A stretch of 64,000 nucleotides of DNA from positions 99,386,001-99,450,000 of the forward strand of contig OX597822.1 in the NCBI GenBank assembly GCA_951406725.2. Direction: 5' to 3'. Each line of letters opens with the position of its first letter. Positions within the stretch are counted from its first letter, which is position 1. The notes under the pieces were generated by a model. The model was given only the letters and a program-made list of their open reading frames with translations. It ran no database searches and was not told the origin of the DNA. Positions 1 through 12,799 of this stretch are shown piece after piece. This DNA comes from Octopus vulgaris. Taxonomy: Eukaryota. The position numbers were made by a program, and so were the translations under genes.

Positions 1-12
1 CAGCCGAACATA
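1..12 (-). CDS. TRPM: Start of next TRPM exon (YVRL...), truncated by window edge
   Basis: Long T-rich tract ending ttccag|TAT GTT CGG CTG, phase 0. This is the Y-V-R-L/V that follows KAx in TRPM proteins. Confidence 0.85.
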
Positions 13-667
13 CTGGAAAAAATAAATAATAAAATAAAAATTAGAACTATTTCAGCTAAAAAGAGAATAAATTCACAAACCTATCCGTTCTTGTTAATAC
101 AAGCAAGAATATATCAAATTTAAACAATTAGCACATCACTTCTCTTTGAAAAACATACGAAAATGTTGCAACATTAAAATTTCATATTGATGATTCTTAT
201 ACAGTAAAATAAAATATCAGTGACCAGCTCATAAATGAATAACAAACGATGTTCATATTTTATAATAGAGAATATTAATACAAAATGAAACAAAGTGAAT
301 ATATCAATTCAGTGAACAATATGCTTTAAATGGCTACTCTGGCTACTTCAATGTAATTGTTAGATTTTGAATATGTGATTTCAGATCAAATCTCTTTCCA
401 TACAAGCACAATGCTGAAATATGAAATTAATTTTGTAATATAATCAGTAGACAAGTTTTGGTTTGCACATTTATAAGGACCAGCAATGAAATGGAATTGT
501 GAAACATCCAAATTAATTAGGGTTTGATGCTGATGCTTACAATAAATTTATAAATTTACCAATAAAATTACTCATAGAACTGTATTCCCACTCTTCTGAT
601 CCTTCACCCGAAATTTTTTCTTTCTTTTTCAGCTATTTACCTCTCTTTCTTACGCTTCCTATGTTTT

Positions 668-703
668 TCTTCTGATGAAGGGCTAATGCCTGAAATGTTA
701 AGA
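668..703 (+). ncRNA. Decayed minimal hammerhead ribozyme motif (Penelope/retrozyme type)
   Basis: TCTT-CTGATGA-A-GGGC-taat-GCCT-GAAA-T-GTT-AAGA: core boxes, stem II and stem I present; two C>T changes consistent with CpG decay. Confidence 0.6.
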
Positions 704-725
704 CTCTTTCCCTACCTTTTGAATA

Positions 726-943
726 TTAACCCTTTTGTTACCAATCCGCTCGAAACTGCCTTTGGTTTAGTAGTAGAAATGTCTTGTTATCAAAAGTTCT
801 GAATTTAAATTTTTCCACCAAATCTTAGTCACAATTTATGTTCTTAACACTAGCTGAATGATAACTAAGTTATTTTACTAAATTTTTTGTTATATTTAAA
901 ATTAATTGATAGAAACTGAGAGCATCTCAACAGAAATATGGGT
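726..943 (+). mobile_element. piggyBac-like MITE, family P1
   Basis: Starts TTAA-CCCTTTTGTTACC. Body matches in reverse the copy at 55133-55352, which ends AAAGGG-TTAA. Confidence 0.6.
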
Positions 944-1390
944 TATGCTAATACAGTAGTCATTAAAACTTATTCCCCTGTGTTGTCTTTTTTCTTTTTG
1001 TTTGTTGCTTTTACAAAATAAACTTATCAAGTTTTATTCAATATTTCGGATAAAAAGAAACTTAAAAATAAACAATGCACTACTGCAGTATGGCCACAGA
1101 CTACGAAATAAAAGCAATAGAAGAATGAAAGAGAGAAAATACATTTTTACAATGAATTTTTATCTATCAGATAGAGAAAAATAAACCAGTCATTGTTTTC
1201 TTTTCAGTAAACACAAAGATGATAACAGGAATCTCTAAACTCCTCACCCATTGAACAGAAAAGTTGTTTAAATAAATCTGGTATTTGTGTCTGAAAGTTC
1301 TAGTTCCAGTCAGCTCTGCTTGAGCAGATATACAACAAGGAAGTGGCTGAGTGAGCACAGGACTCAATTAGCATTTGTCATTGTAGTCAT

Positions 1391-1625
1391 AGGTGGTGAG
1401 CTGGCAGAATCGTTAGCACACTGGGTGAAATGCTTAGCCGTATTTCGTCTGCAGCTACATTCTGAGTTCAAATTCCGCCAAGGTTGACTATGCCTTTCAT
1501 CCTTTCGGGGTCGATTAAATAAGTACCAGTTACGCACTGGGGTCGATGTAATCGACTTAATACCTATGTCTGTCCTTGTTTGTCCCCTCTATGTTTAGCC
1601 CCTTGTGGGCAATAAAGAAATAGGT
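1391..1625 (+). mobile_element. tRNA-derived SINE family A (Meta/MESC-like core)
   Basis: A box TGGCAGAATCG, B box GAGTTCAAATTCC, core GCCTTTCATCCTTTCGGGGTCGAT; flanking duplication ATTTGTCATTGTA (1373-1385/1626-1638). Confidence 0.88.
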
Positions 1626-1774
1626 ATTTGTCATTGTAAGTATCCAATTAGATTATTGTATAGTTTACATCTAAAAACATGTGCTTCACACTAAAAAAAG
1701 CACAAAAATGTAAAAGAGTTCTTTGAGGATGCACAATGGGTAGGTAAGAGCGGCTATTTCCACTGTACCACTTG

Positions 1775-1979
1775 TGAGGTGGGGCTTTGGGTAAAAGAAA
1801 ATACAGAAGGATCAGTTAATTATGATTTTATTCAACATATTCCCCTTTCAGATTCACACATCAACTGCAGTGGTCCTTCAGTTTTTCTACACCCTGTGAA
1901 AGAACTTGGAAGATTGGCCCTCCAACCAGACATTTTATGACACCCTTAAAGCCAGGAACTTTTCAGCACCCCATTGTAT
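1775..1979 (-). mobile_element. Mariner-derived non-autonomous element
   Basis: TIR-like TA-CAATGGGGTGCTGAAAAGTTCCTGGC plus transposase C-terminal remnant (CVNLKGEYVE*). Confidence 0.6.
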
Positions 1980-2441
1980 AATTTTTGTGTGTGAGTGTAG
2001 ACACACACATACACTTTCAAGCATTAATAATGTTTTAGATAGATATTGTTATTAAATAAGTGAAAGCAATTTAATCAAATATTAAACAAAAAAGAAAAAA
2101 AAATGCACTTGCTCAATACTGTTTTATAACTTAGATTGAAAAGCTGGAACACTGCCAATACACCAAATATTCTGGTGTGTTTCTAAACCATGGCATAATA
2201 TTCAGGAACACTTAAATTATATAAGGAGTGAAGCATGAATATGGAATATTTTACAAAATCTAATAATTTTCCCAATGAAGTGCAAGTCTTCAGATACTCA
2301 GCATAACAGCACTGACTCTCTGCTATTCAACTGTGGAATATATGTACCCAGTGTGGTAAAGATCTTCACATACAAGATCTCTGGACACCAGTCTCAATAA
2401 GACATACTGATAGATAACTAGCTGTGCCAGGTTTGCTAACA

Positions 2442-3183
2442 TTAACCATTTGGCATTCAGATTATTCTGTTGAAAGTAATGCTTACCGTAAATCTTCAAG
2501 TATAGTCCGCCCTTGAGTATAATACGCAGGGGATTTTTAGGGGGCTGTACCTCTGAAAAACCTAAACCTTGTGTTTAATACGAACTCCTTCTCTAAATTG
2601 AGTTGTGCGTAATTAAACCAGCAGCACCTAGTTGAACAAGCACTTCCACACATGTGTAATACAATAATGGTGATGTTATATGGGAATGTAAATATGTTTG
2701 CAAATTATTTTTGTTATATGTTATTCTGTGTTCTGAATACTTTTATTTTAATAAATGTTGCTTACTGCAAGTTATGGATGATTCTTTTATGACTTCATTG
2801 CTTTCAGGCTTAGTTTAAGGTATTTTCACGCGCGACATCACAAAATGCGTCTGAATAAACATTGCCGGACAGCAAATAGAGACTCAGACATTGCTTAGAA
2901 AATATTTTTCATTTTTAACCTCATATATAGTATGCACTAGGGATTTTGACCTTTAAATTTGGGGGGAATAATGCAGATTATATTTGAGGATTTACGGTAA
3001 TTATTTACTTCGTTTTGAATTAACCATGCATTATCCTGTAGCTTTGAGATTTCAATGATGTGAATATATATTTTTAGAATGACATTGTAGGCTATGTTTT
3101 AGAGGCCAGGTCTGGCGAGTTTGAACATGAAACAAATAAAATATTTGGGCTGAATGTAGTCAGTTTAAATGCTAAATTGTTAA
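2442..3183 (+). mobile_element. piggyBac-like MITE, family P2, interrupted by a pogo-type MITE
   Basis: TTAA at both ends with degenerate CCCTTTAGCATT TIR; homologous to 26399-26619, 44128-44354 and about 57015-57240. Confidence 0.65.
2486..2997. mobile_element. pogo/Tigger-type MITE with TA target duplication
   Basis: TA|CCGTAAATCTTCAAGTATA ... TATATTTGAGGATTTACGG|TA; the host MITE resumes on both sides. Confidence 0.75.
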
Positions 3184-3443
3184 TAACCTTTACCTGTCAC
3201 CTGGTATTACCCCACCTGATACTATGAAAAGTTAGTGCTAACAGGGCTGGAAGAAACAAACATATGTCTGATAAAAGACATCTTACACAGATATTAACAA
3301 ATACGAAGATGCAATCATTGAAAGTATTTCATAACATCCACTGTTCTTCCAGATGTTTCCAAACAACTACCTACACACAATTGCAGAAGGTATGACTAAT
3401 AATTGCAAGAACTTTGCAATAGTTAAACAAAAAAATAAATATA

Positions 3444-3830
3444 GGAGCAGGCATGGCTGTGTAGTAAGAAGCTTGCTTCCAACCACAATGTTCTGGGTTC
3501 AGTCCCACTGCATGACACCTTTGGCAGGTGTCTTCTACTATAACCTGAGACCAACCAAAAGCCTTGTGAGTGGATTTGGTAGACGGAAACTGAAAGAAGT
3601 CCGTCATGTGTATGCATGTATGTGTGTGTGTGTGTGTGTGTGTGTTTGTCTATCACTGCTTGACAACTGGTGTTGGTGTGTTTATGTCCTTGTAACTTAG
3701 TGGTTCGGCAAAAGGGCCTGATAGAATAAGTAGTAGGCTTTTTAAAAAAGTCTTGGTGGTCGAATTGTCTCACTAAAACCCCTGAAGATGGTGCTGCAGT
3801 CAAATGACTGAAGCAAGTAAAAGAATAAAT
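3444..3830 (+). mobile_element. tRNA-derived SINE family B, tail type 1
   Basis: GGCTGTGTAGTAAG/GGGTTCAGTCCC boxes, internal (TG)n, tail CAGTCAAATGACTGAA...AAAAGAATAAA; more than 10 copies in window. Confidence 0.85.
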
Positions 3831-4548
3831 AAATAATGTGATTCCTATGCAACTTTTTCATCATGATTCCTTAATTTCAAATTTAAATGTCTAATTCCTC
3901 CTCGTGTTGAGGGGATGGTCATCTCATTGTATTAACAGCCATTACTAAGGGAAGTCATGTGTGTTTAATAAATAGTCCACTAATTCCACTAATATGAAGA
4001 TGGACGACACAGGAGGCGATTCATTAAGGAACTTAGAGTTTATATAGAACAAGTGGGAAATATCTTAATTAGTTCCTTATTAGATTCGGCTTAACCATGA
4101 TTGCTTAAGTGGATTTAGGATACAATGCAGAACCCACTCGCTGCGGCTGTAGAACAATCCAAATCCATTATCAGATTCTTTTGCTGATTGGATCATTTGA
4201 GAGAGAGCACAAAGGATGTGCAAGGTTGTGTAAAATAAAGTGGACACTTCTGATATAGACAGGGGCTCGGTTATTCTGTGTGTATTTCATTTTTAAAATA
4301 TGTACACCTTACAGCCAATAACAATAATAATCCTTTCTATCATAGGCAGAAGGTATGAAATTTATGTGTATGTCCACTCTCCATGCTGGCATGGGTTAGA
4401 CGGTTTGACTGGAGCTGATAAGCCAGGGAGCTGCACCAGGTTCCAGTCTGATTTAGTACGGTTTCTATGGCTGGATGTCCTTCCTGACATCAACCACTCC
4501 AGTAATGTAATGGGTGTTTTTGGGTGCCAGTTACATGACACTAGCAAC

Positions 4549-4910
4549 AGTGGAGGCACAATGGCCCAGTGGTTAGGGCAGCGGACTCGCGATTGAAGAA
4601 TCGCGGTTTCGATTCCCAGACTGGGCGTTGTGTGTGTTTATTGAGCGAAAACACCTAAAGCTCCATGAGGCTCCAGCAGGGGGTGGTGGCGACCCCTGTT
4701 GTACTCTTTCACTTCAACTTTCTCTCACTCCTTCTTCCTGTTTCTTATCCCCGACTTCCTACACAACCGCTGAACCTGGATGCGCATTCATCCATCCGTC
4801 GATGCTCTCTGTGTCAGGGGTTGACCTGCTTTCTCTTCTGCGGGTCTTAAGAATAGCAAAGGACCACATTTTGGACTTCTCCCACTCTGGGACGAAAACC
4901 ACTTCACTCA
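4549..4910 (+). mobile_element. tRNA(Arg-like)-derived SINE family C, tail type 1, inserted in an RTE 3' fragment
   Basis: TGGCCCAGTGGTTAGGGCAGCGGACTCGCG...GGTTTCGATTCCC; near-identical to 44412-44761; AGCAACA flanks. Confidence 0.85.
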
Positions 4911-5544
4911 ACAGCAACAATCATGACTACGACTCATAGATGTCATTTACATGGCACCAACAATGACCACAACTACGATTCACAGATGCCATTTACATGG
5001 TACTGGCATCAACCACAATGATTCATGGGACGACCACCACTTTTTTGCATATGGAAAACCAGAGCTTCTGGCATTGAAACGTGTTAAGTATGTGAAATTG
5101 GTAATATTTACATTATAGGACTACTTCTACTGCACAGCTTAAGGTAGAGGTTGATAAAATGGGTATCAGTAATATGTTGCTATGAAAATTCCTTTTATGT
5201 TAAAACAATAACAAAAGCAAGAAGAAGAACCTGGTCAGTGCCTTGCCTAAATAAATCAATATCATATGTAGATATTGTGATATTAAGGCAGAAGCTGGAA
5301 TAATACATACTGAATTAGAATCCATGTCGACCTTCTTGTAGGAAGATATCGCTCACACGCAAAATGTAATAACATTGCTTTACTAACATAATAGAATCAA
5401 TAAAACATTTATGTGAAACGCTTTCAAGAGGAGCGGAGGATATAATTCAATAACCCATATACCATTAATCATCCATAACCATAACAGCAATATTAAATGA
5501 AAATTCTAAACTGAATATGTACATTAATTATTTCAAAACATCTA

Positions 5545-6685
5545 AAATCATGAAAATTAAATTTATTAGCATTTTTTTCTTTTCGCTGATACAGAATCTA
5601 TTTTTTCTGAGGTGTACACTCAGTTATTTTGATTGATTACTGCTATTTCATTGATCACCAAATAGATCATGAAAATTAACAATTCCTTTCATTAATATAG
5701 TGTCTTTTTTTTTTTTTTTGGTACCAGATTCTCAGTGATATATTACTGATATATATTTAAATGCTCACCCAACTGATCATAAAAATTAATATATCAACAA
5801 TGCCTTTCACTGATATAGCACCTTTTTTCTGAGCTAGACTTGCAATGATAGTCACTTGATATATTACTGAATCGATCAACAAATTGATCATTAAAATATA
5901 TTTATTAACAATTTCTTCCATAGATACATTGGCTTATTTCCGAACAAGATGCTCAGTACTACTCACCCATTTCAGCATATTACTCATGTATATTTTATTG
6001 ATTACCAAAATAAATCATCAAAATTAACAATTCCTTTTATGGGATACAGCCTCTTTTAGATACTCAGTGATACTCATTTGATATGTAACAGGATGAGGGA
6101 TTCCTGCACTGGGTGGGTACAGCTCACATCCTTTACACTAATTATTAATCGAAGAAAGAGTTAAGATTTCCGATTAACTTCAACAGCTAGCGTCCAAGCG
6201 CATCTCCGCTATGCTTGAACAGGCAGGATCGACTCACTCCACTTGACTACTGCCGATAAGCTCCTAGGTTGCCGATTTGTCCAGAGGAAGGAAATGTTTA
6301 TATTGCGAATCGAAGAATAAATATTTATACTGTTGAAATAAATCGGAAATCTTGACTCTTTCTTCGATTAATATTTAATGTAAAGGATGCGAGCTGCACC
6401 CATCCAGTGCAGGGAATCTCTCATCCTGTTACGGATATATTACTGGTATTTTTTCCTTGATCATGAAATTGATAATAAAAATTAATTAAAAATTTTCTTC
6501 ACTGATTTATTCTGAGCTAGATACTGAGTGAAATTCAGTTGTGTCATATAATACTAATATTTATTTAATTGATCAGCAAACTGATTCCTTTCATTGAGAC
6601 ATCTTTTTTGTGAGCCAGGTGCTCAGTAGTACTCAGTTATTTGGCATATCACTGATATTATTTTATTGATCACCAATCTGATGAA
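5545..6685. repeat. Degenerate tandem array, about 7 units of 110-125 bp
   Basis: Recurring ATCATGAAAATTAACAATTCCTTTCA...CTCAGTGATA...TATTACTGAT...TTGATCACCAA units. Confidence 0.7.
6084..6433. mobile_element. Long-TIR MITE, Ginger-like
   Basis: About 100-bp TIRs, termini TGTAACA...TGTTACG, 4-bp TSD GATA (6080-6083/6434-6437). Confidence 0.7.
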
Positions 6686-7999
6686 TGTTGAACTGACCAA
6701 AGTAGACTGAACTCGAAGACCTGAAGAATCATTACTCTAAGATGCGTTTAACTGTTGCCATTAACAACATAGCTCAGCCAACAATTGTAATAATTTTTCT
6801 TTTTACATCATAAGCACACAAATTTTTTTTTAGTTAGAGGGGAAATAAGAGTGTGACATTTATATATTACAATAGTTAATGTAAATGGCTGCATGTGCAT
6901 GAGGAAGGAGTAAGGAGTAAAATATTAAAAAATGTAAGGAGGAAAAAATGGGAGAGAACAGAAGAATGAAGCTGAAGAAGTAGGAATAGAGCAGACTTGC
7001 CAGGAGGCTTTTTATGTACTTCATGTTGCTTGCTACACACAGATTGAACAATGAAGCAGTAAAAAAAAAAGAGATATTGCCATTATTTCAAAGTCCTTAT
7101 AGTGAAGTGCTATATAGGTGATTGTGATACAAAGTGTGTGTATAGGGAGGGAAGAGAGACAGAAAAAAAAGGGAAGAAAGAAAGTGAAAAAGAATAAACA
7201 TAAAAAAAAAACATTCCAAAATAGAAAGTTAATGATTTCTAGTAATTACTAGAGAGAAAAATTTAAAAAAAAAAAAAAATTTTTTTGAAAATAATTGATG
7301 CTGTAGTCCTAGAGTTAAATTGCATCAGTACTATCTTAGATCCAGTAATTATGTAGTTAATGGTAATAGTGTTGTCGAGAGTAATTAAATTGCATCTACC
7401 TGACAGATGCAATTTAGGTAGAAGGTTTTGCTTATAAGTGTTCTGTGCAGTAATATCTTAACATCTGTATTTATGCAGATAATTAACAGCGCTAAAAATC
7501 AAAGCCGAAGAAAAAGAGAAAATGTAATAATAATGACATTTATTATGAGGCTTATCTACAAAGAAAAGAAACTACATGAATTTATGTAAGAGATTAGGAA
7601 TAAGATTAAGAACATTTCTACAACAAATCAATATTTATAGATGAAAAACCACTACTGTGATTCTCAGGTGAGTTTATGTAGTAGTTCAGACAAAAGCCTG
7701 GTAGTTATTTACATGAATTACAAATTACACCACTCCTACAAGTCCAGAAATACATAATCAGATTCTAATAACAAACCAACAGCTCTAACAACAACAACAA
7801 CAACAACAAATAATAATAAATAATGTAAATAACATTATGTAAACAACACCCGTCTTCTTTGATTATATTGCTTACAAACTAGATCTATGACATCCAAAGA
7901 GCAGAGCCACAATAAACAAATATAAATATCACATTACACGAGACCTATCTAATGCTAATGAGTGACGGATAAACAAATTGCATTGTAAGAGTCTGGTAG

Positions 8000-8042
<43 letters not shown>

Positions 8043-8316
8043 GTTGGCAATAACATTAATTGATTTGTTACCATATTTCTGTTGAAACACACTAGTTTTG
8101 ATTTATTAATTATGAAAATAATGAAGGAAAATAAAATAGGTGCAGGTATGGTTGTGTAGTTAAGAAGTTTGCTTTTCAACCTCATGGTTTTGAGTTCAAT
8201 CGTACTGTGAGGTACCTTAGAATAGAGTCTTCTGTAATAATTGTGGGCCAACCAAAACCTTGGTAGATGGAAAATGGAAAAAGACCTGTCTGTCTGTCTG
8301 TATGCATGCATGCATA

Positions 8317-8903
8317 CAGGAGAAACACTATCATCCCAGGCTAAAGGACGTCTTCACCCATGTAAGGAGTTGTTATCTGTTTGGTGGGATATGAAAGGTT
8401 TAGTTCACTTTGAACTTTTAAACCCAAACCAAATGGTAACAAAGGAGATCTACTATGAACAGCTTAAGTCAGCACTAGAAGAAAAATGACCATCTTTGGT
8501 TTCAAGATGAAAGGTGTTCTTCCATCAGAATAATGCTCGGCCACATACAGCGAGGATGACATTCCGAAGGCTAGAGCAATTTGAATGGGAAACGGATGCT
8601 CCACCCGCCATATTCGCTGGACACTGCTCCATCTCATTATCATTTATTCCACAGACTTCAAAATTGTTTGGACGGAAAAAATATGAATTCTGCAGATGAG
8701 ATCAGAACAGTACTGGAGGAGTATATTTCGTCACAGACAAGTGAATTCTGGAAGAAGGTCCTTGCAAGTCTACCAGATAGATGGAAGAACATTGTAGAAA
8801 AGGAAGGAGAGTATATTTTGAATTAAAAGAGAACTTTGTTCATCTTAATTATGAAAACTAAAAGAAGTATAAAAGAACTGCATTATTTATGGGATGACAC
8901 AAT
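8317..8903 (+). mobile_element. Decayed mariner (DD34D-type) transposase 3' half with right TIR
   Basis: LLSVWWDMKGLVHFELL, HQNNARPH, HPPYSLDTAPSHYHLF, LPDRWKNIVEKEGEYI; stops, a frameshift and mutated catalytic Asp residues. Confidence 0.9.
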
Positions 8904-9073
8904 ATTACATAAGGGTGGGAGAAGCTAGAAAGAAGACAAAGATGGTAGTGATGAAGTGCTAGAGCAAACTCACAAAGTATAATGTAGTAAAAATAAAAGA
9001 AAAGTGTGTTCATAATATGCAATAAGGAAGTAAACTGATTTACGAAGTTTGAAAGATAGGTACAGTTTTATGT

Positions 9074-9306
9074 ATTTCTTTACTACCCACAAGGGGCTAA
9101 ACAGAGGGAGGACAAACAAGGACAGATAAATGGATTAAGTTGATTATATCGACCCCAGTGTGTAACTGGTACTTAATTTATCGACCCCGAAAGAATGAAA
9201 GGCAAAGTCTACCTCGGCGGAATTTGAACTCAGAACGTAGCGGCAGACAAAATACGGCTATGCATTTCACCCAGCGTGCTAACGTTTCTGCCAGCTCACC
9301 GCCTTA
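9074..9306 (-). mobile_element. SINE family A
   Basis: Full-length reverse copy; TSD AGGTACAGTTwTATGT. Confidence 0.88.
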
Positions 9307-11149
9307 AGGTACAGTTATATGTTGAGGCATTTCCATTTTAGACAAAAAAAAAACTATATGGGAAACAAGAATCATAAATATAATACTGACAGCAGATTTT
9401 AGTCATATACTATGCTCTCAACATATTTGAATACCAATAAAACAGGTGCATTCCAGCACTCCACTCTTTCACTTGACACTACTCATAGAATAAGTAGCAG
9501 TCATACACCAAAGCTGATTCGACTGAGTCTAACTATTATTCTCCACAAATTTGTGACCTTGTGCCAATGTATGAAATCAATATCTGCCAGTGATCTCGGA
9601 AATATAGAAGTATAAGCATCGGAGTAACTTCATAATCAAATCAATAAGCCTAGCTATAAATACTCTACAGCATCAGACCAATATTGGTTTATGTGATCTT
9701 ACTATCTTAGCGCACATATAGCTATTTCAATTAATTAGAACTTTTAGTTTATTAAACTTTCTGCAAAATGAGAACTTTACTAATATAGCGGTGTTTATCA
9801 TTATTGCTAGAGCTGAAAGATTAACTATCATTGAGGTGATTATACGGAGTAGCAGTAGAGCAAATATAGCTGGAGTTTGCTCATCTTATGTTGTGCATAG
9901 TGGCATGATGGAAAGCTCTTGGAGAACCAATATAATCTGGTTTGGTAAGTCCAATGGGAACAGCTAAATTTCTATTTCTACATACATTTGTATGAGGCAG
10001 GATCGACATAAATTACTATCAGTTCTCTAATTCTTTGCCTCTTCTAGGACTATACTTCATGTCAATATAATAAATTTTTGTAAATTTTATCATTAGCAAT
10101 ATTTTATAATAAGAGGCAACAGGTGGGTTGACATTCATTACTAGTCAATAAAAAAAAAAGGCATGATTATCACATCCTTTTTTTTCTGTCTGCTACATTT
10201 TATCCTTCAATGGTTAAATAAATTTACTAAACTCCACCCCAGATTTTTCTGGCTTTGCCAACATGAAAATTACTCTATGGAACCATTTAATCTATTAGAA
10301 ATAGCAGCCAAATCCTTTCAAATTACATTGTTAAGAACAGGATGAACACATTGAACAATGTCACCATAGATAATTATCAGAAGGAGGGGTTGGTCTCAGC
10401 TGGAATGCCTTTGATCATAAGTATACTGATTCTGAGCATATCCGGGACTAAACACAAGTCCAGGACTAAGACCAATACCATTCCAACTGTGACATACCTA
10501 TTTCTTATTTAAACATAATATACCAAAGAATACACTATCTAATGTGTCCTTTCAATATTTGTTTAATGATAGAGGGTTAATTTGGTTATTATTTCAACTA
10601 AGTCAAGTAATAATAGAGAGGCTCTCTCCTTCATAGCTGTATGTTGTTATTTAACACCAGGTGAAACCTTATTGAGCAAAATTATAGTCAAAAACATTTC
10701 AGTCATAACCATCCTGTCTTTTTAAGGTCATCCAGGGTCATTACATTTTTGAATGTGTCTCTTTCTCTTTTTTAAAATAGCAGGGTGTGATTTAAGGAAA
10801 ATTTGGCTACTAGTTTACTCAAGTCAAACAACTGCACAGAGGTTCTCTTATTGGCAAAATAGAAGTTTCTACTTTTGCATTATTAATAATGGTGTTGAGA
10901 AATACTGGTATTTAGTATAAAATAAACATTTTGCTATTTTATAAGGTACCATTTTAAGATTACTTTTTAATCCTTTTCATACCGATCTGCCTAAGACTAT
11001 TCTGGGCTCAGATACAAACTCTCTGTCTTAAAGTGAAACCTTCCATCAAAAACTTCATGTAAATTTATGCTCCAAAGACCAGCTTAATAATGACAGAGTT
11101 ATTTTACTAAATTCTTTGATATTGCCACATTTAACTGAAACAAAGGCAG

Positions 11150-11330
11150 TGCTTTATGGCTGTGTGGTAAGAAGCTTGCTTCCAAACCACATGGATCCTG
11201 GTTCAGTCCCACTGTGTGGTGTTTTGGACAAGTGTCTTCTACCGTAGCCACAGGCCAACCAAAGCCTTGTGAGTGGATTTGGTAGACAGAAACTGAAAGA
11301 AGCCAGTCGTGTGTGTGTGTGTGTGTGTGT

Positions 11331-11365
<35 letters not shown>

Positions 11366-11575
11366 TGTCAATGTTTGTCCTCCACCACAGCTTGACAAGT
11401 AGTGTTGGTCTGTTTACAACCCTGTAACTTAGCGGTTCAGCAACAGAGACCAATAGAATAAGTTCTAGACTTAAAAAACAAAAAAAGCTCTGGGGTCGAT
11501 TTATTCAACTAAAACCTTTCATGGCAGTGCCCCCACTATGGCCACAGTCTAAAGACTGAAATAAGTAAAAGATAG
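11150..11575 (+). mobile_element. SINE family B, tail type 1
   Basis: Homologous to 3444-3830; internal (GT)n(CT)n. Confidence 0.8.
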
Positions 11576-11709
11576 AAAAATAACAAAAGATTTAAATGTT
11601 GAATACACCCCGCCCCCATTATAATGAGAGGATCTATGTTTAGAATGCTTGCTGCATTTAATGGAGTTATTTTTGTTGGATAATGCATAAAGTTGTACGA
11701 TGGCTTGGG

Positions 11710-12117
11710 CAGAGCTGTGTGGTCAAGAAGTTAGCTTCCTAACCACATGGTTTTAAATTCAGTACCGTTACATGGCACCTTGGGCAAGTGTCTGCTAGGG
11801 CTCCAGGCTGATCAAAGCCTTGCAAGTGGATTTGGGTGACAGCAACTGAAAGAAGCCCTTTGCACATGTGTGTGTGTGTGTGTGTGTGTTTGACCCCCTG
11901 TCTTGACATCAAATGATTGTCAACGTCATACAAGCAGTATCATTCATTTTCAGTACTGCATAAAAAAATTATTTTTAAGTGTCTGACCTTATCTGAAAAG
12001 AGGTGAGGGTTGACAACAGAAAGGACATCCACCCATAGAAAATTTGTTGTAATGAATTTCATCTAACCCCTGCAGCCATGGCAAAGTGGACGTTAAAACA
12101 ATGAGGATGATGATGAT
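11710..12117 (+). mobile_element. SINE family B head with RTE-like tail (tail type 2)
   Basis: Same head, but ends CATGG..AAGTGGACGTTAAAACAATGAGGATGATGATG like the RTE 3' end. Confidence 0.7.
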
Positions 12118-12492
12118 ACTGTGGCTAAAGGTTTTTTATAAATGCAATTTTCAAAGCAGTTATTTTTCAATTTTTTAATATAGTCTGTAATGTCATTTTC
12201 AATATTTTCCTCATTACATTTTCAGACTCCTTGTACAGTAATAATTCTTCTGTTTTCATGCAGTTTGATGTCAACGAGGATTAAGATGTCAAAGAGAAGT
12301 CACAAATTCTCTTTCTTTTTCCTTTTTCTATTTTTCTCCATAATCTCATATTATGATCTTTGGATATTTTGCTTTCATTTTTTTAATTTTAAGACAGGAC
12401 TCAAATAAATGTGAAATTTATCAGTTTGATATTTATGTCATTTATTTTCTCTTTGACTTGAAAGAGTTAGTATAATAACCAATAAATCTAAC

Positions 12493-12544
<52 letters not shown>

Positions 12545-12545
<1 letters not shown>

Positions 12546-12767
12546 GCTTATTCAGGGAACTTTTGAGCAGATGGGTTACTCAATCTGAAGAAAATTCTAA
12601 CTGGGCCCCACCTGCAAGGTCATGCGCTGTTCATCTTGATATGAGATCCCCATGTCGCACACATATAGTTGTGATGCATTATTTAGACGGGTAGTCATGA
12701 TGGGTATACTGGGCTTCGTATATTTTACCCCAGTGTCACTTTGATGATATGCACTGCTCTCTCACTC

Positions 12768-12770
<3 letters not shown>
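12545..12770 (+). mobile_element. Non-LTR 3' fragment embedded in an (AAT)n microsatellite
   Basis: GC-richer 225-bp segment with (AAT)n on both sides; family not assignable from sequence. Confidence 0.4.

Positions 12771-12799
<29 letters not shown>

Noticed and set aside
7661-7673. TTCTCAG|GTGAGT recursive splice site
   Set aside because: It is on the + strand, opposite to TRPM, and no + strand gene was found.
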